Source of the DNA: a virus
Taxonomy: Duplodnaviria; Caudoviricetes
Length of the DNA stretch: 59,806 nt
Direction: 5' to 3' (one strand)
Virus record (IMG/VR): IMGVR_UViG_3300046171_000176
Coordinates: 1 to 59,806 of that record
The notes below the pieces were generated by a model. That model ran no database searches. It worked only from the letters and a program-made list of their open reading frames with translations, and was not told the DNA's origin. Every line of letters begins with the position of its first letter. Position 1 is the stretch's first letter. This document shows positions 26,883 through 38,027 of this stretch, in pieces. The position numbers and the translations under genes are program-made.

Positions 26883-28294
26883 TTAATTTTCTATTAGAAA
26901 TTGATTTCTATAATTATCTTGAAATTTAGCATATGCTTCATCTATATTTTTCTTACTTTGCAATTTTGTTTTTTGTGCAGAAGAATATTTTGTAGCATCT
27001 ATTATTTCAGTAAAAAATTGTCCAAATTTTTCTCTATTGGTTAAATCTATTGATTGATCTTTTTCTTCTGGTAATTTAAGAACTATTTTTGATATATCAT
27101 CTGGCTCTCCGGGTCTTAGCGGTCCAAAAGGAATTGGCCTATCATATCTAGCTCCAAAACCTTCTTCAGTAACGCTTTTTATTACTATATCACTATACAT
27201 ACCCGCTGGATCCTTCAAAAATTCTTCAGTAAATTCATTAATATCTTTTTCTTCTGTATCTTCTTTACTTTCAGTACTTGATATTTTATCACCAACTCGT
27301 GGAACTTTTTCTAATATTTTATCAGTAAAAGCTTCTTTTACTTTGTTTATCTGTTCAGGCGTACCTTCCCAAGAGCCATAGCCATATCTTTCTCCATTTT
27401 CATCAACTAGAATATCTTCATAAATTTGTTTACCTCTTGTATTAATTATATCCTGTGCTAAAATCTTTAGTTAATGTTTGTTTCCAAGTGTTAATATTAT
27501 TATCTGTTAAATATCTATAACCATTTTTTGCACCAGTAGCAAACGCTTTTCCATCTTTAGTTAAATTTGCAGCATATTTATCTATTGATCCTTGATCTTG
27601 TTCCCAGGAATATTTTGTTTGGGGTTGATATAAATTTTTATCATCAAATATATCAGACATTTTCATGCTTACTTTATTCATAGGTATGTCATCAATATTT
27701 TTATAAGAACCATTCATGTATTTATCAAAATCAACTTCGTAATATTCTATATATGGCTGTAAATCTTCATCATAAGAAACATTAAAATTACTATTAACTA
27801 ATGCTTTATCTCTTGACCATAGTTTGAAATCTTTATCGCTTTCTCTAATTTGTGTTATACTAGGCATTTCACCCTCAGCTTTTTCTTTTATCCAATTAGC
27901 AGCGCTTTCTGAAATTAATAAAGCATTGTTTAGTTTATTTTTCATCGCAGAATGACCATCAAAATTTAAAACGCCAGTTTTAAAATCTACTTCGTTTTGG
28001 TACCACATGTTTGCCAATTCATTGTATGATTGCTGTGTTTGCTCTCCTGGATTGGGATTAGCTTTATATAAAGCATTTTTATATTTTAATTGGCTATCTA
28101 AAGCATCTGCTTTTATTTTATTTAATTTAGCAGCATCCTGTTGTTTTTTTAATTTATTAGCTTGCGCAACTTGTGCGACCGCTGTTGCTCGCACCAGCTA
28201 ACGCTTCTCCAAACCCGCCCTTATATCTTATAGGTGTAGGATTTGCATATGCCCCGTAGTTATATGATCCGGGTGTTACTCTTGGTAATGCCAT
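26883..28294 (-). CDS. internal virion/ejection protein (~469 aa) split by two +1 frameshifts
   Basis: MALPRVTPGSYNYG start at 28294; extra base near 28190 and in the A run at 27460-63; the three frames join into one ORF. Confidence 0.65.
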
Positions 28295-28322
28295 AGTTAT
28301 ATTTGTTTAATTTTTAATTTTA

Positions 28323-28916
28323 TTATCCGCCAAAAGCAGTGGCTGCGGCTTGAGCTGCGCTCACTGTATTAGCTCCCATTGCGCCTAAAGCATCAGCTCT
28401 TTGTTGCCCAAATTGTTGTACTAAATTAGCTTGCCTAGACAAATCAGCAACATTTCTTTGTTCTCGAGCTTGAAATTGGAATGTTTTACCTAATATATCA
28501 GCTTCTTGTATTCTTTCAGCTTGAGCTATTCTTTGTTGTTGAGCAAACTGTTCTCCTTGTGCTCTTAATCTAGCATTTTGTGCTTCTTGTTGTTCTATTG
28601 TAGAACTAACACTCATTTTACCTCTTAGCGCTGCTTGCGCTAATGCTGTTGCTCCACTTGCCCCAGCGCCTGTAGCTCTTAATGTATCTAATGTATTTGC
28701 TAAAGATATATCAGTTTCTTCAGCTTGCATTTCAGCTGCTTTAGTTGCAACTTGTAAATTAGCAAATGGATTACTTACCATGTTGCTTAAATCAGTTACA
28801 TTTTCATAAGGGTTTATTATAGGCTGCCTATCTTTAACAAGTTTATTTAATGCATCCTGAGCTTTGCCCTGTTGCTTTCTTGCTTTGCCCGCAGCTATTG
28901 CACTGAATATTGCCAT
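28323..28916 (-). CDS. small ejection/internal virion protein
   Basis: Ala/Gln-rich helical protein in the canonical podovirus position. Confidence 0.65.
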   Translation of the reverse strand: MAIFSAIAAGKARKQQGKAQDALNKLVKDRQPIINPYENVTDLSNMVSNPFANLQVATKAAEMQAEETDISLANTLDTLRATGAGASGATALAQAALRGKMSVSSTIEQQEAQNARLRAQGEQFAQQQRIAQAERIQEADILGKTFQFQAREQRNVADLSRQANLVQQFGQQRADALGAMGANTVSAAQAAATAFGG

Positions 28917-28919
28917 TTG

Positions 28920-29318
28920 TTATAAATTTTTTATTATTTCGTACGATGGTTTTTCGTCAACTAACCATCCTAATTTTTTGTGTAAGTTTATTAAACTTTT
29001 GTGACGACCTATTGTAAATACGTGTTTTATACCTTGATCAGTTAAAACACGCTCTACGGCTTGAATTAAAAGCGTTATCGCGTCTTTTCTGTCGCTTTCT
29101 CTGTATTCTGGATTAGATACTATCCATTCAAGTAAAGCAGCCTTAGAGTTAGTCATATATACATAACCTGCTACTATACCAATATTGTTTTTTTCAACTA
29201 TAAAACCAGTGTCTGGTAAAAAAGTTTTAGGAGGTGCTTGCCATTTTGGCCATGCATCCCACCATTTTACTAATGTGCTGTAGTCCTCATCATTGAGTCT
29301 ACGAATATTTAATTTCAT
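28920..29318 (-). CDS. GNAT-fold acetyltransferase-like protein
   Basis: NIRRL..EDY, GFIVE..IVAGYVY, LEWIVSNPEYR; lies between tail and ejection genes. Confidence 0.65.
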   Translation of the reverse strand: MKLNIRRLNDEDYSTLVKWWDAWPKWQAPPKTFLPDTGFIVEKNNIGIVAGYVYMTNSKAALLEWIVSNPEYRESDRKDAITLLIQAVERVLTDQGIKHVFTIGRHKSLINLHKKLGWLVDEKPSYEIIKNL

Positions 29319-30575
29319 TTAACTTGATTTTGTTATGTTATGCGATACAGTAAATAATTCAACACCTGTAGTGGCTCTATTTTCCATTTTTACTGTTGTA
29401 AAAAATCCTTTTAAACCCGATGTACTAAACTGTAATCCGCCGTCTCCTGTAATCTGCCCGTCGCCATCACTTGTATCTTTGTTCATTAATTGAGAATAAT
29501 ATTTATTTTCTTTTTTAACAAATTGTGGTATTATATCTCCAGATAAAGTTGTATCATCTGAACCAGATATTTTATAAGATTGTATATTTAAATCTGTAAT
29601 GGATGATTCCATAGACCAATTACTATCACCCTCGTAATTTATACTATTAAAGTTTTTAACAAAAGAAGGTTCTGCATTAGCTAAAAAAGTTATATGAGAA
29701 GGTGTAAATGTATTATTATTTAAATAAAAATTATTATAATCAACATCATCACTATAATGTTTCCATAAATTATTGCTATTTAAACTATAAAAATCTTTAT
29801 TTAAACTAAAAACAAAATCTGGTTTATATGTATAAAAACTTACCCAGCCCCTAACACTTTCATCAAAAACTAAAGTATCATAACCATCTGTAATTTCATC
29901 TGTAGGGCCTTGCAATGAAACAACATACTCTTCAGAATGATCATCATAACCACCAACTATCTTAGTTACGTTTTTAAGGTTATCTCTAAAATAATCCCTC
30001 ATACCATTTGCTGATATTTCAGTAATACCATCTCTTGATAATCTAAGTATTGCTCCTCTATTTTTATCAGCAAAATATTTTCTACCACCTTTAAAAGCAA
30101 AGCTTTCTGGATTTTTACTAATACCATATTTTCCTAAATAAGGTATTACTTGACCAATAACAGCTGCACCTGACGCTGTTAGCTGCCCTCCTTCTGCTGT
30201 AAATAATGCGTCTTTATCAATTAACGCGTAGCTTACTTTATCCTCTTGTAATATATTTAAATTAGTGTCTTCAGCATGCAGTCTTTGTATACTCCCATTT
30301 GCTGGATCTACCGCTCTTGTTATAGGTTCGCCTGCACTAAATACATTTGTCCTATTTATATCTGTTCTAGAATTATAAATGCCAGAATATATTAAAGCAT
30401 TTTCTCTTGTTGTTTCAGCATATGTATCATCTACTAAATGCGCTTTAGGCCCAATACTTACAAATGGTTCATTATAACCACCTTTTATTCTTGCTTCTTC
30501 TACATACAAAGTATCTGTAGTTTCTGATCTTAAAATAAATGTATTAAAGAATTGAACTTCAATTGTATAAGCCAT
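29319..30575 (-). CDS. tail nozzle/stabilisation protein, C-terminal part
   Basis: YGISKNPESFA, YFADKNRGAILRLS, GWVSFY, FVKKENKYY. Confidence 0.75.
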   Translation of the reverse strand: MAYTIEVQFFNTFILRSETTDTLYVEEARIKGGYNEPFVSIGPKAHLVDDTYAETTRENALIYSGIYNSRTDINRTNVFSAGEPITRAVDPANGSIQRLHAEDTNLNILQEDKVSYALIDKDALFTAEGGQLTASGAAVIGQVIPYLGKYGISKNPESFAFKGGRKYFADKNRGAILRLSRDGITEISANGMRDYFRDNLKNVTKIVGGYDDHSEEYVVSLQGPTDEITDGYDTLVFDESVRGWVSFYTYKPDFVFSLNKDFYSLNSNNLWKHYSDDVDYNNFYLNNNTFTPSHITFLANAEPSFVKNFNSINYEGDSNWSMESSITDLNIQSYKISGSDDTTLSGDIIPQFVKKENKYYSQLMNKDTSDGDGQITGDGGLQFSTSGLKGFFTTVKMENRATTGVELFTVSHNITKSS

Positions 30576-30582
30576 ATTATAA

Positions 30583-30610
30583 ATTATTACATTTTTTATT
30601 GTTATTTTAA
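30583..30610 (-). promoter_or_regulatory. late promoter-like motif
   Basis: TTAA-N16-GTAATAAT, 7 nt before ATG 30575. Confidence 0.65.
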
Positions 30611-33600
30611 CCTGTTTGTTTTGCTACAACAACACCACTATTGGTTGTTTTAAATACAAATAATGCTTCTTCCTGTTGGCAGTATGAAGGTCCACACATG
30701 GAATGCCAATATCCACCTGTTCCATTTGTAGCGGCACCGCTATCAAATTTACCTATTCCTGTTGCTGAATCGTATACAGTATCTCCTATTTCAGGTAAAT
30801 TACCAGCAGGATTACCACTTGTATTTTCAAAATAAACTTGCACAAGAGTTGGTGCGTCTACCGCGGTAGACGCAAATGTGTAACCGCTATTGCTTCTCCA
30901 AAAAGCTGTTCTTGATGCAGAGCCAATAGTTATACTTAAAGTATCTGACGCTGTAGCATTCCCAACATCTGATACTTGAATTGTTAACGTATAAGAATCA
31001 CCTGATGTTACACTAGAAGCTGTACTTAGTACTCCTGTAGAAGCATTTATACTAAATTTACCAGCACTATTACCATTTGTAATAGAAAATGTTAAATTAT
31101 TTGTATTTGCACTTGTTTTAGCACTTCCGTTTGTACCTGTTATTGTTCTAATTGCTGTTCCAGATATTGTAGACGCTGGTATAGTTAAAGCAATACCTAC
31201 ATTTATTGTTGGATTACTATTTGTAACGGATATAGATTTATCTTGCGTTAAAGTATTTCCACTGTTGTCTGTAACTTTTATTCTTATAGTATAATCATCT
31301 GTATTTGTATTTGTAAATTCAAATGCTTCGCCGGTTAATAAATTACTTCCGCTTATTGTAAACGCGCCTGATCTATTTGTTCCATTTGCATCTGTTATAG
31401 ATATAATACTATAAGTTGGTGTATTTACAGGATTACTATTTGTATCTGTTGATGTTATTGCAGCTACAGTATTACCGCTTGCTGTTGCTTCTGCAAAAGA
31501 CGAAGCTGATAAAGTTATACTTGCAGGTACAACACCTAATGTTTCTGTTATAGCAGCATTTAAATGTGAAACCAAACCAGCTGTTGAAGTTTCATAATAA
31601 ATATCTAAAGCAGATTTAAAAGGATCGGTTTCTAATACAACTAAATTATTAAAAGTAGTATTAGGAATATTGTTTCTTCCGTATCCATCTGGTAATTCAG
31701 CTAACAATGGTCCTTTTTCATTTAAATAAAAATCATCAATACTATTTGAACCAAACCCCTGTTCTTCTTTATTTCCAATTGAAATAACATCAACAAATGA
31801 ATTTCCTGATTGTTGTGTTTGTGTACCGTTTAAATCTAATATTTTAGGCAATAGTCTAGTCTGTGAACCTTGAGTACCTGTTTCGGTATTAACGTCAGTA
31901 ACATCTCTAGGCACTTTATTTACATTGTCTCCATGTAACACTAGCCATGATCTTACATTTCCTGAAGGTATATTATCAACTATTGTTGGAGCATATACAT
32001 TATAATATTCTTGCTCTGATTGCTTAATTACAACTTTATAGGAATACCAACCTAATGGATTTGTATCTACTTGATAAGGATCACCTATTGTATTATTAAA
32101 AGTAACTTTTAGTGCGGAATGCGTCCAAGAACTTGCTCCATTTGTAACAGTTCCTGTTTTAGGATCTACAAATGTAGTACTAGTTGTTGGCAAAAATACT
32201 GTTGATTGTCTTCCATATCTATCAGATAAAACTAAGCCAACAGAATATTCTCTATTTGATTTTACTGAAGATAATAAATATTGATCATTAAATTTTGTTT
32301 GATCACCATTTGTTATTAAAAATGAACTTTTATTAACAGCGGTATCTAATGATCTATTTTGTTTAAAATTACCATAAATAACTCTATTCCCACTTACTTC
32401 TTGCGCATGAGCTTTTACAGGTATAACATCTGAAACTCTAATTAATTCAGATTCTGGTAAAGTTTGTATAGGTTTTATTGAATTATATATATATTTATAA
32501 CCATATATTAATTTACCAATATTGTTAGATATAGGCTCAACTCTATGTGTTATATCACTTTTAATTTCATTAAAATTTAAAGTTTCTACAACTTTTAAAG
32601 CAGCGCTATCTGATTCAGAATATAATATTTGTATTTTTTTAATTTGCATTTTATCATCATAATCAGCTACATTATTAAAAAAATATAATCTTGTATCGTT
32701 AATAATTGATGGTGAAACACTAGTACTTGTAGTTAATGTTGTTGTTTTATTTCCACCATTTACAATATATTCATCACCTTTAGCAGTTAATAAAATATCA
32801 CCATCAGATATTGAGCCATTAGGATTAGGATTATCTATATTGTGACTAGTACCAGTTAGTATTCCATTTGCATCACACGCGCCAACATTTGATTTATCAA
32901 TATTACAAGGTAAATCAATAAATAAAGCAATTCTATTAGCTAGATTCTGCATTGACTCTACTATTGTTTCTTTTACAGCATTACTTTCATCTGCAGATGA
33001 TAACATGCCTGCGTCGTCCGCAACAAAAGTTGCATTATTAAAATTTTTACCTTTACCAGGATGAAAACAAGTTTGTGTAAATGGAGACATTAACGAATAT
33101 TCGTTATTTTCATATTGAAACCTATATGCAAATTTTACAAATTTATCTCTTATATGTAAACTATCTACATCAGAGCTACTTTCGGCGCTCATAGTAACTT
33201 TAGGTGCTGATGGGGGAGAATATTGTGCAACACTAATTTTATCTTCTAAATAATTATCATCAATATAAAAAGTGCCAATAGCCTGTCCTGTTGCTTGTCT
33301 TAAATTTATTCTTCTTGGCTGATTATAATTATCTGTCCAAAATAATAGATTATCAATTAAATTAACATGTAGTATGGGATGATTTTTTGAAAAATTCAAT
33401 CTAAAGCTATTGATTATAGCTTGCGGAGGAGTATTTGGTTGATTTGCATTCCAATAATATATAGCACAAACAGTATCAATACCATTTATGCTTTCTGTGG
33501 CGTATAACATATCCTTAGAACTTACAGTATCATTACCTGTAAAATTTGTTACAAACCAAAATATTTCACCAGTTAAAGAAACTTTATAATAGCCGATTGT

Positions 33601-33804
33601 TTCAACACCAGAAGCTAAGTTAAGAGGAGTAGCATTATACGCATAATTATTTCCTTTAATATTCTGAACAGCACCTACATCAGAATTTTCAGATTTAGAT
33701 ATTTGTATATTTTGTGCATCTCTATACTGGCCGTTAGGTAATAATCTATCATCAAGGTCTTTATTCATTTTACCTTGAAGAAAATTGTTTTTAATTTCTG
33801 GCAT
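30607..33804 (-). CDS. tail nozzle/stabilisation protein, N-terminal part, with C-terminal cadherin/Ig-like repeats
   Basis: GKMNKDLDDRLLPNGQYRDAQNI, LLFWTDNYNQPRRIN; cadherin-like LTFSITNGNSAGKFSINASTGVL...YTLTIQVSD. Confidence 0.75.
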   Translation of the reverse strand: MPEIKNNFLQGKMNKDLDDRLLPNGQYRDAQNIQISKSENSDVGAVQNIKGNNYAYNATPLNLASGVETIGYYKVSLTGEIFWFVTNFTGNDTVSSKDMLYATESINGIDTVCAIYYWNANQPNTPPQAIINSFRLNFSKNHPILHVNLIDNLLFWTDNYNQPRRINLRQATGQAIGTFYIDDNYLEDKISVAQYSPPSAPKVTMSAESSSDVDSLHIRDKFVKFAYRFQYENNEYSLMSPFTQTCFHPGKGKNFNNATFVADDAGMLSSADESNAVKETIVESMQNLANRIALFIDLPCNIDKSNVGACDANGILTGTSHNIDNPNPNGSISDGDILLTAKGDEYIVNGGNKTTTLTTSTSVSPSIINDTRLYFFNNVADYDDKMQIKKIQILYSESDSAALKVVETLNFNEIKSDITHRVEPISNNIGKLIYGYKYIYNSIKPIQTLPESELIRVSDVIPVKAHAQEVSGNRVIYGNFKQNRSLDTAVNKSSFLITNGDQTKFNDQYLLSSVKSNREYSVGLVLSDRYGRQSTVFLPTTSTTFVDPKTGTVTNGASSWTHSALKVTFNNTIGDPYQVDTNPLGWYSYKVVIKQSEQEYYNVYAPTIVDNIPSGNVRSWLVLHGDNVNKVPRDVTDVNTETGTQGSQTRLLPKILDLNGTQTQQSGNSFVDVISIGNKEEQGFGSNSIDDFYLNEKGPLLAELPDGYGRNNIPNTTFNNLVVLETDPFKSALDIYYETSTAGLVSHLNAAITETLGVVPASITLSASSFAEATASGNTVAAITSTDTNSNPVNTPTYSIISITDANGTNRSGAFTISGSNLLTGEAFEFTNTNTDDYTIRIKVTDNSGNTLTQDKSISVTNSNPTINVGIALTIPASTISGTAIRTITGTNGSAKTSANTNNLTFSITNGNSAGKFSINASTGVLSTASSVTSGDSYTLTIQVSDVGNATASDTLSITIGSASRTAFWRSNSGYTFASTAVDAPTLVQVYFENTSGNPAGNLPEIGDTVYDSATGIGKFDSGAATNGTGGYWHSMCGPSYCQQEEALFVFKTTNSGVVVAKQTG

Positions 33805-33810
33805 GTATTA

Positions 33811-34911
33811 TTATTTAATTGTTTTAGCTTTTCCTCTCATAACTTGTGTAAGCTCACCTATTTTTAAACTAGATAATCTTAACTTCGCGTTTCGCATTGC
33901 TGCTCTTCTTTCTCTTCTAAATCTATTTATTATATATTCTGGAAAGTTTGCTTTTGCGCTTGCAATACCATAAGTTATATATTTATATATTGCATCCTCA
34001 GCAAATTTATGCACTTTCATTTCAGCATCAGTTCCCATGCCATCAGATACATATTTTATTGTAATTACTTTTTCAGCTAAATCAGAACTAAAACCGATAC
34101 TTCCATTTGCTTCATCAATAATAAATACACCATTTTTTTGCGCAATTTCTGGTTCTAATCCAAATCTTTTACCAAACTCTATAATTCTTTCGCTGTTTCT
34201 ATCTGCATCATAACTAACATCTTCATTTGAAACTGCACCGTTTATATTTTTAACATCAAATGCTTGAAATCTTGTATCTGTAACGGGCGTGCCTGTTAGT
34301 AAACTATCATCATTATCGTATAAATAATTATAATCACTATCTTGTAATATTGATTGTGATGGTTTAGATGTATATCTAGCAGGATATATTATATGTTCAA
34401 TACCAGCTTCATCAACATGCGATATTCTAACATAATGCACATAGTCCTGTGGCATCGGCACTGATAAACTTGTGCCAACTTCTATTTCTTGTATTTTTTC
34501 AATTCTTGAAATATCATAGCTAAATTCTTGTATACCTCTTTTAGCATGAAATAATACATCACTTCTTTTTGTTGCATTTATTAATTTACCATCTCCAACA
34601 TATGCAATTATATAATTATTTATAATATCAGCCAATGGTATATATCTATAACTACCTAATTTTTGTTCCTTAAGTTTTACTATTACAATATCGCCTACTG
34701 TTCTTCCTGAACTAAATGTAATTACACCTGTGCTATTATTATATGAATATAGATCGTCATCAATTTCTGAACTATTAATAAATATTAAAAATTTACTTTT
34801 AGCTGTTGGTAACGGATCAAACGTTAATGTAAAATTTGTTTGATTAGCTGTTGCTGTAAACTTTTGACTAGTATTATAATACTGATATGCTGTTTCCGTT
34901 ATAAATGCCAT
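33811..34911 (-). CDS. tail ring/adaptor protein
   Basis: DVLFHAKRGIQEFSYD, MPQDYVHYVRIS; position after the head genes. Confidence 0.65.
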   Translation of the reverse strand: MAFITETAYQYYNTSQKFTATANQTNFTLTFDPLPTAKSKFLIFINSSEIDDDLYSYNNSTGVITFSSGRTVGDIVIVKLKEQKLGSYRYIPLADIINNYIIAYVGDGKLINATKRSDVLFHAKRGIQEFSYDISRIEKIQEIEVGTSLSVPMPQDYVHYVRISHVDEAGIEHIIYPARYTSKPSQSILQDSDYNYLYDNDDSLLTGTPVTDTRFQAFDVKNINGAVSNEDVSYDADRNSERIIEFGKRFGLEPEIAQKNGVFIIDEANGSIGFSSDLAEKVITIKYVSDGMGTDAEMKVHKFAEDAIYKYITYGIASAKANFPEYIINRFRRERRAAMRNAKLRLSSLKIGELTQVMRGKAKTIK

Positions 34912-34914
34912 TTA

Positions 34915-35661
34915 TTATGAATTTTCTAGTTGTATTGTCTTATTTTCTTCTTGAGCCGCAGCTTGCACTATTGTAGTATCAGCTATTATTAATCCAGCAT
35001 ATTTTAATATACCTAATATTAATTGGACTTTATCTGAATCATGTAAGGTAAAATCTACTTTACCACTTGTAGGTATTACATTTCCGCCTGTACTTGTTGA
35101 AAATGTTAATGCACCCGTAATAGCATTTTTTTCGTATGCCCACACTGGATCAGCAGGTGTTTTTATATATTCAATAAGTAAATTACCTAATGTCCAACTA
35201 CCATCTGATAATGCCGGTTCTACTATAATATCTGTAGCTCTCTGATAATATACAGGAAATGATGTTGTAGGTTTTGTTAAAGGAGAAGATAATAAATAAG
35301 ATAAACTTTTTTTATTTACTTTTTCTAATTGAATAGTTTTATTAGTTATACTAATATTTATAGTTTTATATAAATCAGTAGGTAAAGTACCAATACCGTT
35401 TGTTAAAGTAATATCAGATTGTGCAAAAAAGGGATCTATTTTTTGTTCAATTTTTTCTGGTATATCTCCATAATCTTCTACAGCTCTTCCAGCATTGTGC
35501 TTTATAACTGCTCGATTATAATCGTAAAAATGTTGGTCTAGTATATCAAGTTGAACTTGAGAACCTATTTTATTAAATTCTTCAGGTGTTAAAAAACCTC
35601 TCGATTCTTTATTTAATATTGATAATACTGTTTTGTATACTGTATCAACTGATATTGCCAT
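34915..35661 (-). CDS. head-tail ring/adaptor protein
   Basis: VYKTVLSILNKESRGFLTPEEFN; position. Confidence 0.65.
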   Translation of the reverse strand: MAISVDTVYKTVLSILNKESRGFLTPEEFNKIGSQVQLDILDQHFYDYNRAVIKHNAGRAVEDYGDIPEKIEQKIDPFFAQSDITLTNGIGTLPTDLYKTINISITNKTIQLEKVNKKSLSYLLSSPLTKPTTSFPVYYQRATDIIVEPALSDGSWTLGNLLIEYIKTPADPVWAYEKNAITGALTFSTSTGGNVIPTSGKVDFTLHDSDKVQLILGILKYAGLIIADTTIVQAAAQEENKTIQLENS

Positions 35662-35684
35662 AATTTTAATTTATATAATGATTA

Positions 35685-35700
35685 AGCCGCCGTAGCGGCT
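35685..35700 (-). terminator. cUACGg tetraloop hairpin (terminator or processing site)
   Basis: AGCCGC-TACG-GCGGCT, intergenic; weak U tail. Confidence 0.45.
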
Positions 35701-35714
35701 CAACCACTACTGAC

Positions 35715-36518
35715 TTATTTTAGTCTTTTTTCAATTGTTTGATAAATTTCAATACCTTCATCAGTTTTAAACCATGCAGCTAATGCTGAATACGGGTTTT
35801 CATCAAATGGTACTGTAAATAACTTTCTATCGCTACTTGCCCACTTAAATGTTCTTTGATCTTGCGAAAGTATAATTAATCCATTTTCAACTGCTTTGAT
35901 TCCTAAATTTCTAACATTGATGTTATCATCATTCGCTAGTTCTAAAAATAAAGCTGGATTTTGTTTAGCCATAATAAGCAAGTCTCTTTTTAACTCTTTA
36001 GATGTCATTTTTGAAACTTTACTGCCAACTTCAGTTCTTACGATTGCTTCAGCGTGTTCAATATCCATTTCCATTGCTGCTGTTAATGCTTCAAATTCTA
36101 AACTTATTATATCCAAATCATCTGCTGCAACAGCTTCTGTGTCAAGCTCTGCATATGAATGATTTTTTTCTGGATGATAATTTGAAAGAATTTGTTGTAA
36201 AACTGTTTTTTCTTTTGGTACATTTAAAACGCCGTCTCTAAATACAATATGGTCAAGTCTTACTTCACCTTTAAATTCGTCTACAAATGGTGTTTTTTGA
36301 TTTAGTGTATATTTGATTTCTCTTTCATACCCTTTTTCTTCGTCGTACCACATTATTCCTTTTGACTTTAATATATATACAATAGGTTGTTTATCACCTA
36401 ATAAATAATATTGTCTGTCTTTTCTTTCCCAAGTATTTTTAACTACTTGTTCTTTTTTTGGTGGAGCAACCATTATAGGTTCTTCAGCAGCCACCACTGC
36501 TTTTTGTTTTTTTGCCAT
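35715..36518 (-). CDS. conserved virion-associated protein downstream of MCP
   Basis: ORF track; position. Confidence 0.7.
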   Translation of the reverse strand: MAKKQKAVVAAEEPIMVAPPKKEQVVKNTWERKDRQYYLLGDKQPIVYILKSKGIMWYDEEKGYEREIKYTLNQKTPFVDEFKGEVRLDHIVFRDGVLNVPKEKTVLQQILSNYHPEKNHSYAELDTEAVAADDLDIISLEFEALTAAMEMDIEHAEAIVRTEVGSKVSKMTSKELKRDLLIMAKQNPALFLELANDDNINVRNLGIKAVENGLIILSQDQRTFKWASSDRKLFTVPFDENPYSALAAWFKTDEGIEIYQTIEKRLK

Positions 36519-36545
36519 GATATAATAAAATAAAAATGTTAAAAT

Positions 36546-36577
36546 AAAGGGCTGGACGCCGAAGCGCCCAATCCTTT
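36546..36577 (-). terminator. intrinsic terminator after major capsid gene
   Basis: Minus strand AAAGGATTGGGCGC-TTCG-GCGTCCAGCCCTTT followed by U-rich sequence. Confidence 0.7.
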
Positions 36578-36585
36578 AATAAATA

Positions 36586-38007
36586 TTACTTGAACAATAC
36601 AAAGTTGTTAGCAGCTTGAGTAACTAAACATCTTTCTGATAAATAATGAACATTCATTAAGTCATCACCTGATGTAGATGCTCCGCCTACTGAACCAGTA
36701 ATCCAAGATTTCATTTTTCTGTCATCTGCTTCAGAAGCTCTATATCTTACGTGTAAGAAAGGTCTTCTAATGTTAGATCCTAATACTTGATCGTAAACAG
36801 ATGAAGTTCCAGCTGGTACTAAAACACCTTTAATGTCTGCAAATAATCCTCTTGTAGACTTGTTGTTTAAGTATTTCCAGTCAGTTTTATAAAAGTCATA
36901 AGATCCTCTTCTAAATCCAGAAAAACCTAAATTTAAAGCCATATCTTGTGAATTTTCAAATACACCAAAAGATGTACCTCCACTAAAGTTTGCATTTACT
37001 GCACCAAGACCGTCATCTAAAATTAGATTTGAGCTTCTATCTAAGAATAACATATTTTCTTCAATAGACCCTTGTTTGTCTAATTCTTTTAAGATTAAAT
37101 CAAAGTCAGCAATTACATCACTAGCCGCATCGAAAGCGTTAGTAGCTACGATACCTCTATTTTCTAATGCAGAGAATAAACCTTCAGTTCCTGAGTTAGC
37201 TCCTAGGATTGAATCAACACCACCAGCTGAAGTAGATTTTTCTGCTTCAATCATTGATGTTTCTAAATAATCTTCGAATCTTACTCTTGTATCACCTTCA
37301 GCTTTTAAATACCATAAGTATCCATTTTGTCCGCCTTCACCAGAAACTTCAACCCAACCGATTTGAGCAGCATCAGAACCAGAGATTTGAAATTTATCTT
37401 TTAAAATAATTGGTTTATTAGTAAAAGACTCAAATTCTGGAGTAACTGAACCGTCCATAGCAGGTTGACCTTTCTTAAATTCAGAACCATAAACAAAGAA
37501 TGAACATGTATTTGATCCATTGTCGTCTGCTGTATCAAATCCTGAGACAGCACCCACTGTAGCAGCTCCTGTATAAGGAATTACTGTTAAAGTAGTGTTG
37601 TCACCAGCGATAGCTGATACATAACATTTGATAATAGTTGGAGCAGTTTGATTATCAGATAATACAATTGTTTGACCAACTCTTACAGCGTGAGTACCAC
37701 TACTTGCGATAGTAATAACACCTGCATTTGTAATAGACGCACCTTCATAAGCTAAGTGTAGTCTTCCTTGCTCAGACCAAATAACTTGATCAGAAGCCAT
37801 AGGCATTTCTGCCCCGACCATTCTTAAAAATGAAGATACAGATCTATTTCCATATTTTTCCACTTCTTCAGCATATAGCTCTGGTAAATATTGTTGTGAC
37901 CAGTTGCTACCACTTGCTCCGTGGAAATTTAAATAGTTTGATGCCAATACTGATTTACTCGCGTAAGGAGTAAGATCAGTAGGCAATGAAAATGTTGCTG
38001 TTGCCAT
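36586..38007 (-). CDS. major capsid protein
   Basis: QQYLPELY, SDQVIWSEQGRLH, GYLWYLK, LGFSGFRRGSYDFYKTDWKYLN; follows the scaffold gene and is followed by a terminator. Confidence 0.85.
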   Translation of the reverse strand: MATATFSLPTDLTPYASKSVLASNYLNFHGASGSNWSQQYLPELYAEEVEKYGNRSVSSFLRMVGAEMPMASDQVIWSEQGRLHLAYEGASITNAGVITIASSGTHAVRVGQTIVLSDNQTAPTIIKCYVSAIAGDNTTLTVIPYTGAATVGAVSGFDTADDNGSNTCSFFVYGSEFKKGQPAMDGSVTPEFESFTNKPIILKDKFQISGSDAAQIGWVEVSGEGGQNGYLWYLKAEGDTRVRFEDYLETSMIEAEKSTSAGGVDSILGANSGTEGLFSALENRGIVATNAFDAASDVIADFDLILKELDKQGSIEENMLFLDRSSNLILDDGLGAVNANFSGGTSFGVFENSQDMALNLGFSGFRRGSYDFYKTDWKYLNNKSTRGLFADIKGVLVPAGTSSVYDQVLGSNIRRPFLHVRYRASEADDRKMKSWITGSVGGASTSGDDLMNVHYLSERCLVTQAANNFVLFK

Positions 38008-38027
38008 TTTAAATTAATTTTTTAGTT

